Assembly: GCA_905178155.1 (NCBI GenBank)
Contig: CAJINV010000004.1
Location: 9,873,570 to 9,937,569 of the forward strand
Length of the DNA stretch: 64,000 bases
From: Amoebophrya sp. A120
Lineage: Eukaryota; Protista; Dinoflagellata
Direction of reading: 5' to 3'
A program made the position numbers and the translations under genes. Each line of letters starts with the position of its first letter. The first letter of the stretch is position 1. Positions 11,401-25,300 of the stretch are shown in pieces. The notes below the pieces were generated by a model. It saw only the letters and a program-made list of their open reading frames with translations, did not search any database and was not told the origin of the DNA.

Positions 11401-13524
11401 GCAGTTCATAATTCCTACAAGGAGACGACCTTGCGTCAGTACGAAGACATGAACGAACGGCTGAAAAAGCCCCCGGCGTTCAGTAGAATGGATTATCCCA
11501 CAGAAAAAAGCTGGCAGGGCATATTTGTAATGCAAAAATAAGAATAAGTACACAGAAATGAAAAATCTATCATGGGCGGCCTCATAGCATGCTATTTAGG
11601 ATATGCAATAGTGCAAATTTTTTTGTCTATTTATTTTTGCATTACAAATATGACCTGCCAGTTTTTTTCTGTGTGATATGGATCAGGAGTTACTCGGAGG
11701 AGCGGGAGCGAGTACAAGAACTGGGGAGCCACGACCAAGTGCGGCAACAAAACAGACGAAGAGAAACAACACGACCTGCAGAGGAAGGGACCCTGCTCAT
11801 GCTGTGCGACAGATCAGTAGCAGTTCCTCTTTGTTCATCGGAGCACCATCGGCTTTTGGTTCATCTGGATTCTTCGTGGGACGTCTTCCGACACCGATGC
11901 AGCGAGGAAGAGCACTCGCGTCGAGTTCCTCATTTTCTAATAACGTGCTGCAGGAGCAGCCACAACCGATTTTTCACGACATACGGAGCAGCGGCCAGAG
12001 TATCATGTCAGCGCCCTCTTTATTTTCCGGTTCCTCAACCATCGATGATGAATGCTCTCAGACGAGCACCAACTCCGACTACAGGATGCTGGCCAACCAA
12101 CCGACTCCTGACCCTCAGCAGGAGAACATGAAAAAAACCCTCGCGGAGCGGCTGAGGCGGTTGCGCAAAAAGCAAAAACAGCTGCCAGCAACGCGGGGAT
12201 CGCAGCAATTTCAGTTCGAGGTCAAGCAGCTGCAGCGAGCGGCACTGCTCCGGCCGAGCGGGGGTTCTTCGGGTTGTACTACTAGGGATCTCGCCGGAAT
12301 GAAATCCCGGCAGCCGGAAGATGAGAGACAGGTGTTTGATAACTCCTTGTGTGGCGGGACTGCGAATGGAGGGATCATTCCAGGTCATAATTATCCGGGA
12401 ATGTTGCCGTACGCGCAGCAGCAAGCACTTGCTTTTTCGCAAGGTGGTTTCTACACGACCCCGGACGGTCGGATCATTTCCCCGGCCGAGGTGCAGCGAA
12501 TACAACAGATGGCGCGCGTCCAAGGCGGATTACTACAGCAGAGTGGCACAGGTGCCCAGCAATATTTCTTACCCGGCGGCGTACTAGGAGCTGCAACTTC
12601 GTCGACTACCTTCTCCAAGAACGCCAACAAAAAGCCGCTGACCGCGAAAGAAAAATCGTCCCAGATTTGGCACCGGAAAATGAAATTACGGCGGACCAAG
12701 ATCTACCAGTACCTGGCAGGCAAACCCGCGAGTCGCGAGGAAAAGCTGCAATTAGCGGACAACAAAAGTCAGAAGACCCGTCCGAAGCCGAAAAACTGCA
12801 CGAAGAAGCACCTACTGTACCACCCGCAACCCGCGTTGGATTTGATGCGGTATCAACTGCAAAAATGTCTGGGTCTGGAAGGATGCAACTTGTGATGCTG
12901 CATTTGGATGTCAAAAAAATCTGTATTGTATGAGCAGCAAAAGGATTCTAATTTTTCCTCCCGGAGAGGGCATTTGTCATGCGGAATAGGCATCAAGAAG
13001 ACCTCAGAAAATCTGTGATGCTAGGGCATGCATCACAGACTACATCATGGCTCATGCAAAACGTGCATGACAAGTCTCAGAATCTTCCAGACCCAGACAT
13101 ATTTGCAATGCATATGCGGAATCTCTGTGCAACAGCCAACCCGCTGGACGCGAGTTTGCTGGAACGCGCGGATGTCTGGGGGGAGCATGCGGACTGGGCG
13201 GCCGTAGAGGAGTGGGAACAGAGGCAGCAGGAGGTGGAGGAGAGCGGAGTATTGGACGACGGTCGTACTGTAGCTGTCAAGATGAACAACTACATGGCTC
13301 CTGCGAATAACGCTACGAACCATATAGAAGCTTTTGATGGGAAGCTGCAAATGCAAATCAGTCGCAACATGTTGGTGGAGCAACAGCGGTCCACCTCCTC
13401 CGTCGTCGCAACTTCCTCGCGGGTGGATCTTCGGCAGGAAAATGGGATGTCTCTCTGCTCGTCCCACTCCTCGTCGGAGGTCGGTGGGAGCGTCGGCTTT
13501 GAGAAAATGGACGTGGATTCGTAG
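8433..13524 (+). CDS. Large low-complexity protein, possibly with one AP2-like DNA-binding domain; 5 exons
   Basis: Exons 8433-10047,11188-11264,11416-11493,11684-12850,13120-13524 join in frame after removing 4 introners. Basic NLS-like tract KKKKKKTH. Reconstituted segment STVPNV...CWVSY...RTRSYYWF...ECFELAI. Confidence 0.75.
10048..11182. mobile_element. Introner family A expanded to 1135 nt by nested insertions
   Basis: Family A TIRs at both ends and perfect direct repeat ccgga; subtracting the inserts leaves 261 nt. Confidence 0.88.
10460..11032. mobile_element. Nested MITE-like DNA element with a 6-nt target duplication
   Basis: TIR ttagcatccggccacctcgtactt / aagtacgaggtggccccgtgctaa; caatgc on both sides; internal array of AAGTCAnnTGACTT palindromes. 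Confidence 0.85.
11265..11410. mobile_element. Introner family B (146 nt)
   Basis: Family B TIRs; direct repeat attcc. Confidence 0.93.
11494..11678. mobile_element. Introner family D (185 nt)
   Basis: Long TIR tatcccacagaaaaaagctggcagggcatatttgtaatgcaaaaataa; direct repeat tggat. Confidence 0.93.
12851..13114. mobile_element. Introner family A (264 nt)
   Basis: Family A TIRs; direct repeat tgcgg. Confidence 0.93.
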
Positions 13525-14377
13525 GACCCACGGGATGAAGAATCTACGTCAAGAGTAAACTGTTAAAGCCAAAGGACCGACGTATCAAGAAGCCGATATC
13601 AATGAAACGTGCAACAGCTGCTGCCATGGACCCCGTTCTGAATTTTAGAAGGAAACAAGCGTAAACAATGGAGGAAGTTGTCTTTGAACGGAACAATCAC
13701 ACTGGATGAATTCTCGCACGGCATAGTCGCGAAGCCAAATCGTTTTTCCACCTGGTGATCGTGATCGAACAATTGCGAGGAATTAAGTACATTCACAATC
13801 GGCTGCGCTCAAGTTGTTACGAAAGGTCTCGGTGTAGTGCAAATGCTGCGACTGTGTCGACAAAAATAAGAAAAGGACGATCGCGATCAGAATCACAAAG
13901 TGGATCACAGCATGCGGTAAACCAAAATTAGCTTTCAAATCTCGTTCACCTTTTTGGTGGCAGCTCGGTCTTCAGATCCGAGAAGTTCAAGTTCTCGAGA
14001 AATCGATTAAGTACTTACCCAAAAAGATCTGGTCGGAGGAAATTGCAGTACCTGTTCGTGCGGATGGAAATGTTTTTGGTTTCGGAAAGTCTGAATCTGT
14101 ATCTGGTGTATGATGTTGCGCCTCTTTTTCTTCATCAGGTCCGGTTTGTCCGATTGGTTCTTTAGAAAGCAAATTGATGAGTACCTTCCCCACCTTGTGC
14201 TCGTTGGAGTTTGTGTCTGTCTCTTTCAAGAAATAAATACACACCGACCACACCATCACTGGTCGTGACGAGCAGTCAAAGGAAAATTTATCACGATATC
14301 GACGATCGTTGTTCTAAGAAAGAGGCCTTGCCGCCGCGTGACCTGTGCCAGGTAGTTCCTCGTCATAGCTGAGAAAG

Positions 14378-16930
14378 ATGTCTGTAACAGCGCCAACTCT
14401 ACTTTTTACAACGTCGTCTGCGGGAGCCGCTACGGCTCCCATAGACATGGCCGGCCAAGATGTGGAAATGGCGACGCCTGAAGAGAATAAACAAGTCCCG
14501 GCAGGAAAAAATGAAATCTCCAACCCGAACGCCACAATCCCCCTTTTCATTTCTGAATTCCACGACGAGGCTCTTCGCGGACTACACTTTGCCATGCGCA
14601 AGAAACGACTCAAATGCGACAACCCCATCCTCCTGGTTCACTTCGACTCGCACCCGGATTTGGCCGTGTCGCAGGATTTGACCGCGGACCTGTGTCGGAC
14701 GCCGGAGCAGCGGGAGATGGTGCACCGGAGAGCTGCTGCAGTTGGAGGAGGTCCAGATGGGGTGAATGAGCAGGATGACGCGACACTACCAGAGGAACAG
14801 CAAACTGACGTCCGCGATCTTTACACGGCCCTCCGCACGATTGAGGGCGGGATCGCCAGCTGGATCCTGCCCGCGGTCTTTGCCGGCATGATCGACGAAA
14901 TCTGGTGGTTGAAGCAGCCGTTCTGCCGACAGATTCCGGAGGGGATCTACCAGGGAAGGGTGGGTGGTGCGACGAAAAGCAGTGCGTCGTCGTGTGTCGG
15001 TCCTGAGACTCGTGAAGAAGATCATGATGGGAAAAGAACGGACGAAAAGCAGCAAGAAGTACTGAAAGTGGATGGAGATTTTGCTGATTTGTGGTACTAC
15101 GAAGGGGACGAGAAAGTCCAGAGACCAAAAGTACCGAAACCTGATTCTGAACCGTCTGTAGGAGTCGTACACGACATCAAAGACGAGGACACCCTCTCCG
15201 TTGACGCGAAACATTGGACGCTCGCTGTTCTGGAACGCCCGCAGGCAATTGCGCTCGCGGACCAACTGCAGCCTGCAGCTGTTGGGAGTGCTGACAAGCA
15301 GCCGCCGGTTCTTGTCAATCCTGCAGGAGAAATCCTAGCGAACGAAAATGCCGCAGAGTTACCTTCCGCCCCGGCCAGAAAGGAGTGGGCCCTGGACATC
15401 GACCTCGATTATTTCACGACCCGGAATCCCTTTACCATGGGGTTATCGGATGAATTAGTCCAAACGCTGCAAGACGCGATCGATATCTGGGAGCACGCGT
15501 ACCCGGAGAAAGACTTTCCGTTTGACACCACCTGGGCAGACGAGCTGGAGAACGAGAATTGGGAAAAATGCATGGAAATTCTGTTCCCGTACTTAGTTGA
15601 GCTCGAAACACAGCCACCCTTTTGCGCCGTACTGCCCGGCCTTTTCTTGTTCACAGATGGAGACCCTGGCAATAGTTCACCAGAACGCTTGCCGCGAAGC
15701 GACCTGGTTCGCCACGCCACCGCAATGAAAAACGCTTTGTTAGACTGGAAACGGCTCCGCCCCAGCACCGCAGAAATGGCGGTTTTGCTCGAAGCTGGAC
15801 ACATGCTCACACTGCCGCAGAACGTGCCATGTGATCGGCCTGGAGATCAAGGCAAAAACGAAGGGGATTTTTTTCGTCCGAAGGTAAAGGAAATCGAGGA
15901 TCTTTTGCGGAGCATCATGCTCTCTGGTGCGACGAAAATGGACAACCAAGGTCAAGACCAGCAACGAGCGGCTGGAGTTCCGTCGAGTGAAAAGCATCTT
16001 CCTGGTCTTCCTATTCCCAACGCAGTAGAACCTGCACCGCAAGAACTACTCGAAGATCACCCCATAATTTCGTCACCTCCAAGACTTCCGACAATCTTTT
16101 CCAGCGACACACCAAAGGACTACCAGACCTACTCGCATATTCGCACCACTCCCGTCGGGTTTCCAACGAAGCCGCAGCGGTTGTTGGCTGAGGCGAGGAA
16201 GTTAGGAACGCCGTCAAACCTGCAGCCGTATCCCTCGGTGATAACGATCGCACGGATATCAAATGCAAATATGTCTGGGTCTGGAAGATTCTGAGACCAC
16301 TTGTCATGCTAGTTTGGCATGACTCTAAACTCTGTATTGCGTGCCCGCGAAAAGGTGGTCTTGTCTGTCATGCAAAAACGTGGTTTCTCATGCGGAGTAC
16401 GCAACTCAGAAGCACCAAAAAACTTGTCATGCTGGGGAGTGCACCACAGTGTGCTCACTATTGCTTTCCTTGCATCACAGGTTTCCAGACCCAAACATTT
16501 TTGCAGTTGATAACGGAGCTGCTCCGACAACTTCCTGCCGATGCGAATCTCGGCGCAGCTGGAAACCGCAGTGATTGAAATGTTGGAGCGAGTATGAAAT
16601 GCAAAAATGTCTGGGTCTGGAAACTTGTGATGCTAAAATGTGCATGATGAAAACACTTCCGAATGCAGTCCGGCATGACAACTTCCCAAAACGCTTTCTC
16701 ATAGGCAATCCGCATGAGAAACTGCGATTTTGCATGACAAAAGAGGCTGCGACTTTTGTTCGTTATGCAATACAGATTTTCTAGGTATGGAGAGCTAGCA
16801 TTACAAGTCCCAACCTTCCAGACCCAGACACTTTTGCAATCCATAACGAGTGTATGGTGACGGTGGGGATAGTGTTGTCCCCGGCGGGGGCAAGAAAATT
16901 GAGCGGATGTATGCGGACGAGCTGCAGTAG
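14378..16930 (+). CDS. UPF0489 / C5orf22-like protein (arginase/deacetylase-like fold); 3 exons
   Basis: Motifs LVHFDSHPDL, IASWILPAV, LDIDLDYF and ITIARSCSDNFLP (the last restored across an introner). Exons 14378-16256,16518-16592,16851-16930. Confidence 0.82.
16257..16512. mobile_element. Introner family A (256 nt)
   Basis: Family A TIRs; direct repeat acgga. Confidence 0.93.
16593..16845. mobile_element. Introner family A (253 nt)
   Basis: Family A TIRs; flanks gcgag/acgag. Confidence 0.9.
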
Positions 16931-17633
16931 AAGAATGTCAATGAATGTGCGTATGCTGCAACTGAATGTTGGAGGTTAAAGATGAAATAAAAGAAAAAGC
17001 GGAGATAATGAGAGACGTATCAATTTTGATCGTCGCCTTCTGTTGAGCTTGAGTCCGTCTTCATTTTCTGTTCAGAAATGCTTGAAGTTCGAGGAATCTT
17101 CCACAAGAATTTGCACTTCCTCCTGTTCCTCTGTTTACAGGTAAAAGTTCCCCTCAAAGTTGAATTGCAACAAGATGAAGATCAGCCCCGCTCCTGTTTC
17201 ACAGGTCAAAATGAAGAAAGTGCAACGCACGATCTAAATGGGATATGTGGTTGATCTTTGACGGAGGTCCTTTACGCCACGGAGAAAAAAGTGAGCTGTG
17301 ATCATGTCGAATTTCTTGATCCTTCATGCTGGTTTTTCATTTTCGTACTGAAACTGCTTTCATTTTTGCGAATTACGATTCACAGCACCACCAGGTCAGT
17401 TCAGGTTTTCTATGAGCATGAAGACTTTGCGATTTCGTTCTTGGCTTGTTAAGAAAAAGCCCCATTATGTTTATGCGACCTCGTTAAGGTTATTACCAGT
17501 CCTGTCCATGGATGTGCTGTAGTTGCAATAAATGCGAACTCGACGATAAAGGTACGAATTTGCAGTGAACATCACGCCTGAGAATTGTACGACAGAACAT
17601 CATTTCTAAAGCCAACACCTCCTCCTAGCCAAC

Positions 17634-20600
17634 ATGCCGGGCAAGAACACCGTCGACCGCAAGAAGAAGCGGGAGAACGTCCGCCATTTCCGGGTGGTGC
17701 AGAAACCCATTCTGGATGACAACGACGAGCAGAAGAATTACCTCGAGCCGTACCTCCCGATCAACGTGCGGAAAAACAAAAAACTAGACGAAGAAGAGGA
17801 GGAAAAACTTTTGTACAAGCCAATCAAAGGAGTCGATCTCGATGCGAAAAAGATTTTCGGTCTGGAGCAAGAGGACTGCTCCGAGGAGGAAAACGAGGAT
17901 GACGAACAACACCAGCCGAAAAACAAGCGGCTGAATCAGGTTTTCAACAGCAAAACCGAAGGCTACATCCGCGGCGCAGACTACGATTCCGATGAGGAAT
18001 TGCTAAATGAGGAAGTTGCGGAGGAGGAAACCTACTTTCCCAACGATGGGTACGACTACAACCAGCACTTGCGGGTCATGGACGAGCGGTTCGTGCAGAA
18101 GGCGGAGCAGCCGGTGACCACCCGCGCGGAGAAAATCGCGAGCAAGGTGAGTGCCAATTTGCCGGTGCAGTTGGTGCAGACCATGGAGGGCATGAAGGCG
18201 CCCATCGAAGAGGTGAAGCAGAAGTTGCAAAAGTCGGACAAGATCGACATTATGGAATTGCGAGACGCCGATACCGGCGAAACCGCGGGGACTGTCCAGG
18301 AACTGACAAAGCCCGTGACGTTTCGGGACGAATTCGATTCGAGGGTTGCCGCGGCGGAAGAGGTATAGAAGATACATGAGATACAACATCTGAAATCAGT
18401 TTTGATTTTTCGCTTTGTCCACTTTCACTTTCTCCTTTACCTTTTTGGAGCGCCAGCATAACCAAGACAATATTGAAGGTCCTCGTAATTGCCATGAGCA
18501 GAAATAATTATCGTGACGTTCTGTATCTGTTCCCAAACGACGTATCCTCAGCTTCCCGCCGACGTCCTAGAGGCTCTGGAGATGGACTACGAGGAAATTC
18601 TATCAAATGTAAAAATGTCTGGGTCTGGAAGAATGCAAGATTTGTCATGCATATTTTTCATCACCCATGATGCCTGTAATGCTTGGCCTAGCATCGCAGA
18701 CTTTTAGAGGGTTTCCTGATGCACCTTCCGCATGAGAAATGCCCTGTCCGTGTAGCAAAATCTGTGCCCCTCTTGCTGGTCATGCTATACAAAACTTTTT
18801 TAGAGTCCAAAAACAGCATGACAAGTTGCAATCTTCCAGACCCAGACATTTTTGCAGTTCATAAATTCCCGAAGAAGCCGAGGGAGACGCTTTCCAGGAG
18901 TGGGACGACTTTTTCCACGTGGCCGGCGGCGTGGAGGACAAGCTGACCCAGCTGTGGGGCCAGGAGGGCGCGGAATTCGCGAAAATGGAGCGCGTGCGTC
19001 GGGGGGTCGGGATTTTGAATCTGCGTGCGGGGGAAAGTTTGTTCGGAAATACTAACAAAACGAGTTGTGCTGACGGCGAGCAGTCCGACGAGGAGGAGTC
19101 GGATAATTCTGACGAAGACGACTCCGACTCCGACGGAACTTCCGATGAAGCCGACCAGGACGAAGATGCAGAAGAAGACCTCGACCCGGAACTTGCGAAG
19201 CTCTACGCCGACGTGGACAAGCTGGATGACCAGCGACTCACGGCGAAGGAAACGCTGACAGAATTCCGCTTGCGGCAGATGCTCGAGGAGGGCTACGACG
19301 ACACGAATCTCGGCGAATTGGACCCGGAGGAGGTGTATGCACTGCAAAAATGTCTGGGTCTGGAAGGTTGATGGAACTTATCATGCTAAATCTGAAGCAT
19401 ACAAACATCTGTGTTGCATGATTCCCAAACGCTGCCCAATTTTGATCAAGTTGAGAGGCAGTTTCTCATGCAGGACAGGCATGATAGGGATCTCACGGAA
19501 TCTCATGCTAGGTCCTCCATTACAGATCATATGGGTCATGGAAAGCCTGCATGACAAGTCTAGCATCTCACGGAATCTGTCATGCTAGGTCCTCCATTAC
19601 AGATCATATGGGTCATGGAAAACCTGCATGACAAGTCTAGCAAAGTTCCAGACCCAGACATACTTGCATTTGATAAGGTGAATGGGGAGAAGGAGATGGA
19701 GGAATTCGACGACATTTTGGATGAGTATTTGGAGGAAAATATCCTGAGTAAAAACGTACCCACACCATAGTCAAGATGGGGAATCGGCTAGACAAATCCA
19801 CAAGCTTTGGCTGTTTTGCATGACAAATTTGGATTCGTAGTGTGATCCTGTTTCGCTAGCTCAGAAGCATTACAGATCTAGCCTACCATACTGATTCTAG
19901 CATCACAAATTCCAAAACACGAATAGAAAATGCTTCTCATAGGGCTCCGCATGAGAAACTTTTTTGGCATGCAGAATTGCGTGACAACTCTGGGGTGGGT
20001 ACGTTTTTACATAGGATAGAAAAAGCGACCGTGAAGCGGTTCTGGCAGCAGGAGATGCTGACGCTAAACCCCGGGAAGAAAAACAACTCCGCCAACAACC
20101 AATTTAGGGCCATGGTGGCCGGCACGAGCGACGACTGCTGTATAAGAACTACTGGTGCTGGTGTTCACGATGTTCTTGATGAAATAGACCCAGCAGGAGC
20201 CGAAGTAGACCAGATGAACCTAGTTCCTGCTGTATTGTGAGGAAAAATGTCCCCACCCCATAGTCGAGATGGGAAGTCTGCAACACAAACCCGGAAGTTT
20301 TGGGAGTCACGCATGACAAGTTGCCCTCTGTATTGTAGTGCAGTTTCGCAAGGACATCCGCATCACAAAGCCAGCTTCTCATCCTATTTGCAGCATCACA
20401 AATTCCAAAACACGACTGGAAATGGCTCTCATGGGGATGCGCATTACAAGTCTTCCTGTCTTCGCATATCTGCATTACAACTCTGGGGTGGGGACGTTTT
20501 TACTCAGGATATGCTGCGCCGGGCGGGAAGTTTGACATTGACCAAAGCACCGGCCGTATCCTCTGCAAAAGTATCGTACTCGTACTAATTGCGTTTATGC

Positions 20601-21653
20601 ATTACAAATTTTTTCGTGAAGGCAAATCCGCATTACAAATCCAATTTGTAATCCTAAGTGACTTTGTAATGCAATTTATACTAGTACGATAGGATACTTT
20701 TGCAGTTCATAGGCCGACGGGTGATCATGAAGGAGCAGTTTTCGCTAGAAGACCCATTGGAGAAAGGCTTCCGAGATTCGAAGAAATCCAAGCGCATGAA
20801 AACGGTGGAGGGGAAGACCAGGCTCGGGCCAGGATTATTGGACTGTGTAGAGGACTATGAGGAAGCTGGGAGGGTAAGTAAAACTGATGTGGTCGTTGTT
20901 GAGCAGGAGGACAAAAACGCAGCATCTGCTTCGTCTGACACCGAAGAGGCTGATGTTCCTGCGACGGAACATAGGCCAGACGCGTTGACAGAGAACCAAG
21001 GCCAAGAACACGATCACCAGTGCTCCTTCTACGAGAAGCCGACAAAGGACATTATTCTCGCGCGGGTAGAGAAGATGGCGATGGAGGAAAAGGACGAGCC
21101 CGAGACGGAGGACGAAACAAACAAAAAAGTTCTCAAGCTTCTCGGGTACAAGGAAAAAACCGGTGTGGAATTCGATTGCGAAACGATTTTATCCACGCGG
21201 TCAAACCTCTCCAACCACCCGGGGAAAATTCTGGTTCAGTCGAGTAAGGCGAAAAAGAAACAGGCGAAAAAGAACGGGTTGCTGAGTGCAAGTGGGGCGG
21301 GTGGAGGTGGTGGTTCTCTTTTGGGCGACATTGCTGAGGAGGACGAGGAACAGACGACAGATGATGAGGAGGACGAGGACTCAGACGCGGATAGCAACGC
21401 AGGAGACAACTCGTCCGATGCAGAGGAGGACGAGGAATTGCAGATTGTGGAGATTCCCGACAGAAAGAAAGGCGAGACGAAGGAGGAGAAGAAAGCGAGA
21501 AAACAAGCCGTGAAGCAAGCGCGGAAATTGTGTCGACAAACGAAAAAGGAAAACACGGCTCTGTTTGCGCAGGAGGCGGCGAAACGGAAAAGAGAGAAAA
21601 AAACTGCGACAACCGGAGATGTGCGCCAGGGAGCGAGGGTCTTTGCGATTTAA
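17634..21653 (+). CDS. LTV1: LTV1 40S ribosome biogenesis factor; 7 exons
   Basis: Motifs HFRVVQK, DGYDYNQHLR, DCETILSTRSNLSNHPGKI and the basic C-terminus RKKGETKEEKKARKQAVK. Exons 17634-18362,18552-18600,18869-19335,19681-19739,20024-20232,20517-20556,20717-21653. One GT-AG intron (18363-18551) and 5 introners. Confidence 0.9.
18601..18863. mobile_element. Introner family A (263 nt)
   Basis: Family A TIRs; direct repeat aattc. Confidence 0.93.
19336..19675. mobile_element. Introner family A (340 nt) with an internal ~76-nt tandem duplication
   Basis: Family A TIRs; direct repeat aggtg; duplicated block 19490-19564 / 19565-19641. Confidence 0.93.
19740..20018. mobile_element. Introner family E (279 nt)
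   Basis: TIR tatcctgagtaaaaacgtacccacacca / tggggtgggtacgtttttacataggata; direct repeat gaaaa. Confidence 0.92.
20233..20511. mobile_element. Introner family E (279 nt)
   Basis: Homologous to 19740-20018; direct repeat tgctg. Confidence 0.92.
20557..20711. mobile_element. Introner family B (155 nt)
   Basis: Family B TIRs; direct repeat ggccg. Confidence 0.92.
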
Positions 21654-22394
21654 GAAGGCTCTTCTTCGGAGAAGTATGATTCGGGCGAATATAGTGCCTC
21701 TGCTCTTCTCCGAGTCCATCGTGAATACGCGCTTTCTTGTTGCTTGTCCGACAGTTATAATGCGAGCGGTTCATCTGACATTGACGCACTGAAAATGCAA
21801 GAGTATCTCTCAGTAGTACAGGAGCGCACATGTGCGCGTTTTTGTTGCAGCAGTTTGCAATGTACTGGCTAATTCTCTCGAAGGTGCGCGATTGTGTGAT
21901 GTTCAGTAGTGTGCTGTAACTGTAAGTAAGTACTATGTCTATGGCCAGTAGGCCTAGGCTGACAAAAATCAAAATGATTGTCCTGGTCGTCTCTCCGCCC
22001 AGTCTGTATCGTTCGTGCAGAGAGTAGCTGTAATACAGAGAGTTGCAACTACACATTCGATTTCGAGTTCTACAACCAGAGCAGTGCTGAGAGGTCTAGT
22101 CCGTCTTACTCGTGGTCTGGTCGTCATTCATCTTCTCTTTTCCTCTCCTTCGTCCAAAATGTCGTGTCGAACTCGAGTAAATCGAACTGTGCTTAAATTG
22201 TGTGTTGATCATCATCATTCGAGCAGGAAAACAGGAAAACAACTTCTATTGCAGTTTCTTTTTCGGAGACGATAAAGATTTGTTTCAGTACATTATTCGG
22301 AAGTGACAGTTGTTTCTACTCGTAGTTTCTCTTTCTTGTGTATGATTTTGTTTCGAATAATTCGAACCAGAGCAAGACCACATCTTCTACGAAG

Positions 22395-25300
22395 ATGGCC
22401 TTCCACAAAACCGCTCCCGGTTTCCTCGAGGTCCAGGAGGTGCCCACTTTCGACCGGAAAAACGTAAAAGTCCCGAAAACCTCCGTCGTGCGCTCGCATG
22501 AAGTCCAAAAGTGGATCCAGAAGCGCCGGGGTGCACTGGCCAAGCAGAAAGCCGGAGCAGGTTCCAGCTCGAGCTCCTCTTCTTCCAGCACTCCCTTCGG
22601 CAATAAACAAGCTTCCCCGGACAAGAAAAACCTCCAGGCCGGCGAGGAGGGCTTTCTCCGGTTGCTCTGGAAGACCATCGACTACGACGGAAATGAGTAC
22701 ATCGACGCGGACGAACTGGAGCTCATTGTCGGCGCGATGCGGTTGTGCTTCTACTCTGTTTTCTATTTCGGCGAAACGTCCGACCGCCAGCGGTACCGGA
22801 CGGTGCGCGCGCGGCAGCAGCTCCAGTCGCAGGGCGGAATTCTAGGGGGCGCGGGCAACGAGGCGAAGATGCTCGGTTTTTCCTCCAACGTGCCGCTGTT
22901 TCTCGGCAAGGACAAGGTTGGCACCATGAAGGACATGCTGGGGGCCACCCACGCGCAGCAGACCACCGGCGCGACCATGTTCGACGCGGCGAGCGTGTTG
23001 ATGCAGCAGGAGGGCAGCAAGCCGGCGGGCGGGCTGAAGAGCAGCGGGTTTGCGAAGTTCCGGAAAGCCGCGGCCGGGGGTGCTGGTAATGATGCGAACA
23101 ACAATGGCTCATCCCCGAACGGCAGGTCGTCCACCGTTTCCCTAGACGGGATGGGCACTTCTTTCTCCACCGCGATGAACGAAAAAGAATTGACGCCAAC
23201 CACCTTAGTACCCGAAAACGCCACGGCCATCAAGGAGCCGCTCGACCCGCTGCCGGACGACGCGGCGATGGAGAGTCTGCAGCGGAGGCTCGACACGATT
23301 GAGATCCGCTTGTCCGACAAGGAAATTGCGGCGAAAAACGCCCACGCGCGGAAGTTCCGGGGGGAGTTCGAGGGCATGCTGGACGACATCAACGACGGGG
23401 TGTCGTTTCTAGCGGACAAGGCCGATTTGGGCGAGGACTACCAGACTGAGTTGTCCAACCAACAAGTCCAACGCTACGAGGACAGCGGCGCGGGGTTGGT
23501 GGACGAGCTGCACCAGAAAATCACCTCGGAGGAGAGGATCGGGGAGATTTTGAAGGAGCTCTCCTTTCTACGAATTGCAAAAGTATCGTATTCGTATAAA
23601 TGCATTACAAATTTCCTCAGCATGAGAAATGAAATTTGTAATGCGGATTTGCTTTCAGAAAAAAATTTGTAATGCATTATGGCAATACGAGTACGATACT
23701 TTTGCACAGGATACTTTCGCGGGTACTGCAACGTGAATGACGACGCGCAGAAGCTGCAGGACCAATTTATAACCTGCTCTGGTGTTTTTACAATCTCAAA
23801 CGTTACGTATAGAGTTTGGAAATCTGTGATGCAAGATTGCATGATCTAGCCAAGTCTCATAGGATTGCGCATGACAAGTTCCGGAGCCCTAAACCCCATG
23901 ACAATCTGGCGAAATTTGTATTGCAAAAAGTGGAATGCTTTGCGAGTCTTTCATGCTCATCATGCAACACGACAAATTCCAGATTCTATTGTAACGTTTG
24001 GGATTGTAACGTTTGAGCAAGTCATACAATTCCCCGGGTTTTTCGACTCGTTCCTTAACAACGTGATCCTGCAGTACCGCGGCGAGTCGGAGCTGCAGGC
24101 GCCGCACAGCTCGGACGGCGGCACGCAGTTGCTGAAGTCGCACCGAGCCATTTTGGACGCGGTGGACGACATTCACTTGAAGCTGCAAAAAAAGTCCGGG
24201 GAGAAGCCGATCCTGTGGCCGGAGTTTGTGGACATCTTGCGGCCCTTGTGCCGCAAGGAGATTGACGAGGATTTGATGTACGCGGCGTTACCCTTGCACC
24301 TGCTCGTGCAGGACTGTCTCCGGAAAAAGGAGTTTGCGCGGTTGGGCACGGAATACAATTTTCGCACGCAGTATCCACAGTAAATTTCCCGTACATCACG
24401 TACAAATGCCGTTTCTGCATGGCAAAGCTTCCCTTCGATCCTGTTCAGCATGACAAGTTGTCTGCGCTAAGTTAGTGAAATTTGTGATGCATCATGTTGT
24501 ACATGTACGGGAAATTTGTATTGCATACGCAGCAATACGCGGAGGCGTACAAGATGAAGTTGAAACGTCCGGTCGATACCGATCTTCGGTCCCGCTCCCC
24601 GACGATGAAGACCGGGGAAAACCTCCCGTCGAAGTGGTTCGCCGGGAAGAAGGGTCAAAGAGTGTCGCAGCTGTCGCCACAGCGGAAATCGCCGGTAAAA
24701 GAGTGGGAGAATTACGTCGAGGAGGAGAGAATGGCGAAGTTGTTACGGAAAAAGAACAACCGAGAGAATGGTGAGGACGAAGACGAAACGATGATCTCCT
24801 CCCCGCCTTTGACCCCGGCGAGCTCGGTGAGACGGTCCCAGTCCCCCTCTTTAGTCACCACGACCACCGGCACCGCCGCGACCGGGTCGCAGGCGACGCG
24901 GAACAGCCAGCGAAACAAGCACGTCCTGCAGACCGCGAACGCCAGCTTGCAGCATCAGTTGTCGAGCCACGAGCCGAGCCTGCAGACCACGCTAACCGGG
25001 TCAAAAACGACGATCACGTCGGACGAGCAGGACCAGAAAAAGCAAGTGCCGGTGGTGGCCAAGCGGCCGTTCCAAACGATCGCGTTTTTGAAATTCGGGT
25101 CCCGGGTATCAAATCAGCCAATGGGGATCGGCGGCGGAAATCAACTTCTGGCGGCTGCTGTTGGTGGCGCAGGCGTGACTAAGAATGGAAGCCTGCCCGT
25201 CGGAGTCTACAATCGGTCGCAGTCGGATCTGGAAGAGGAATCTCAGCAGACCTACTGCCGCTGCTCCTTGCACGAGAAGGACGGCGACAGCTTTCCGCAC

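Noticed and set aside
2901-19675. Recurrent ORF peptides such as QKCLGLEG, CKNVWVWK, NMSGSGR and CAKVSYSY, taken as a protein repeat family
   Set aside because: They are read-through translations of introner TIRs in different frames, not protein domains.
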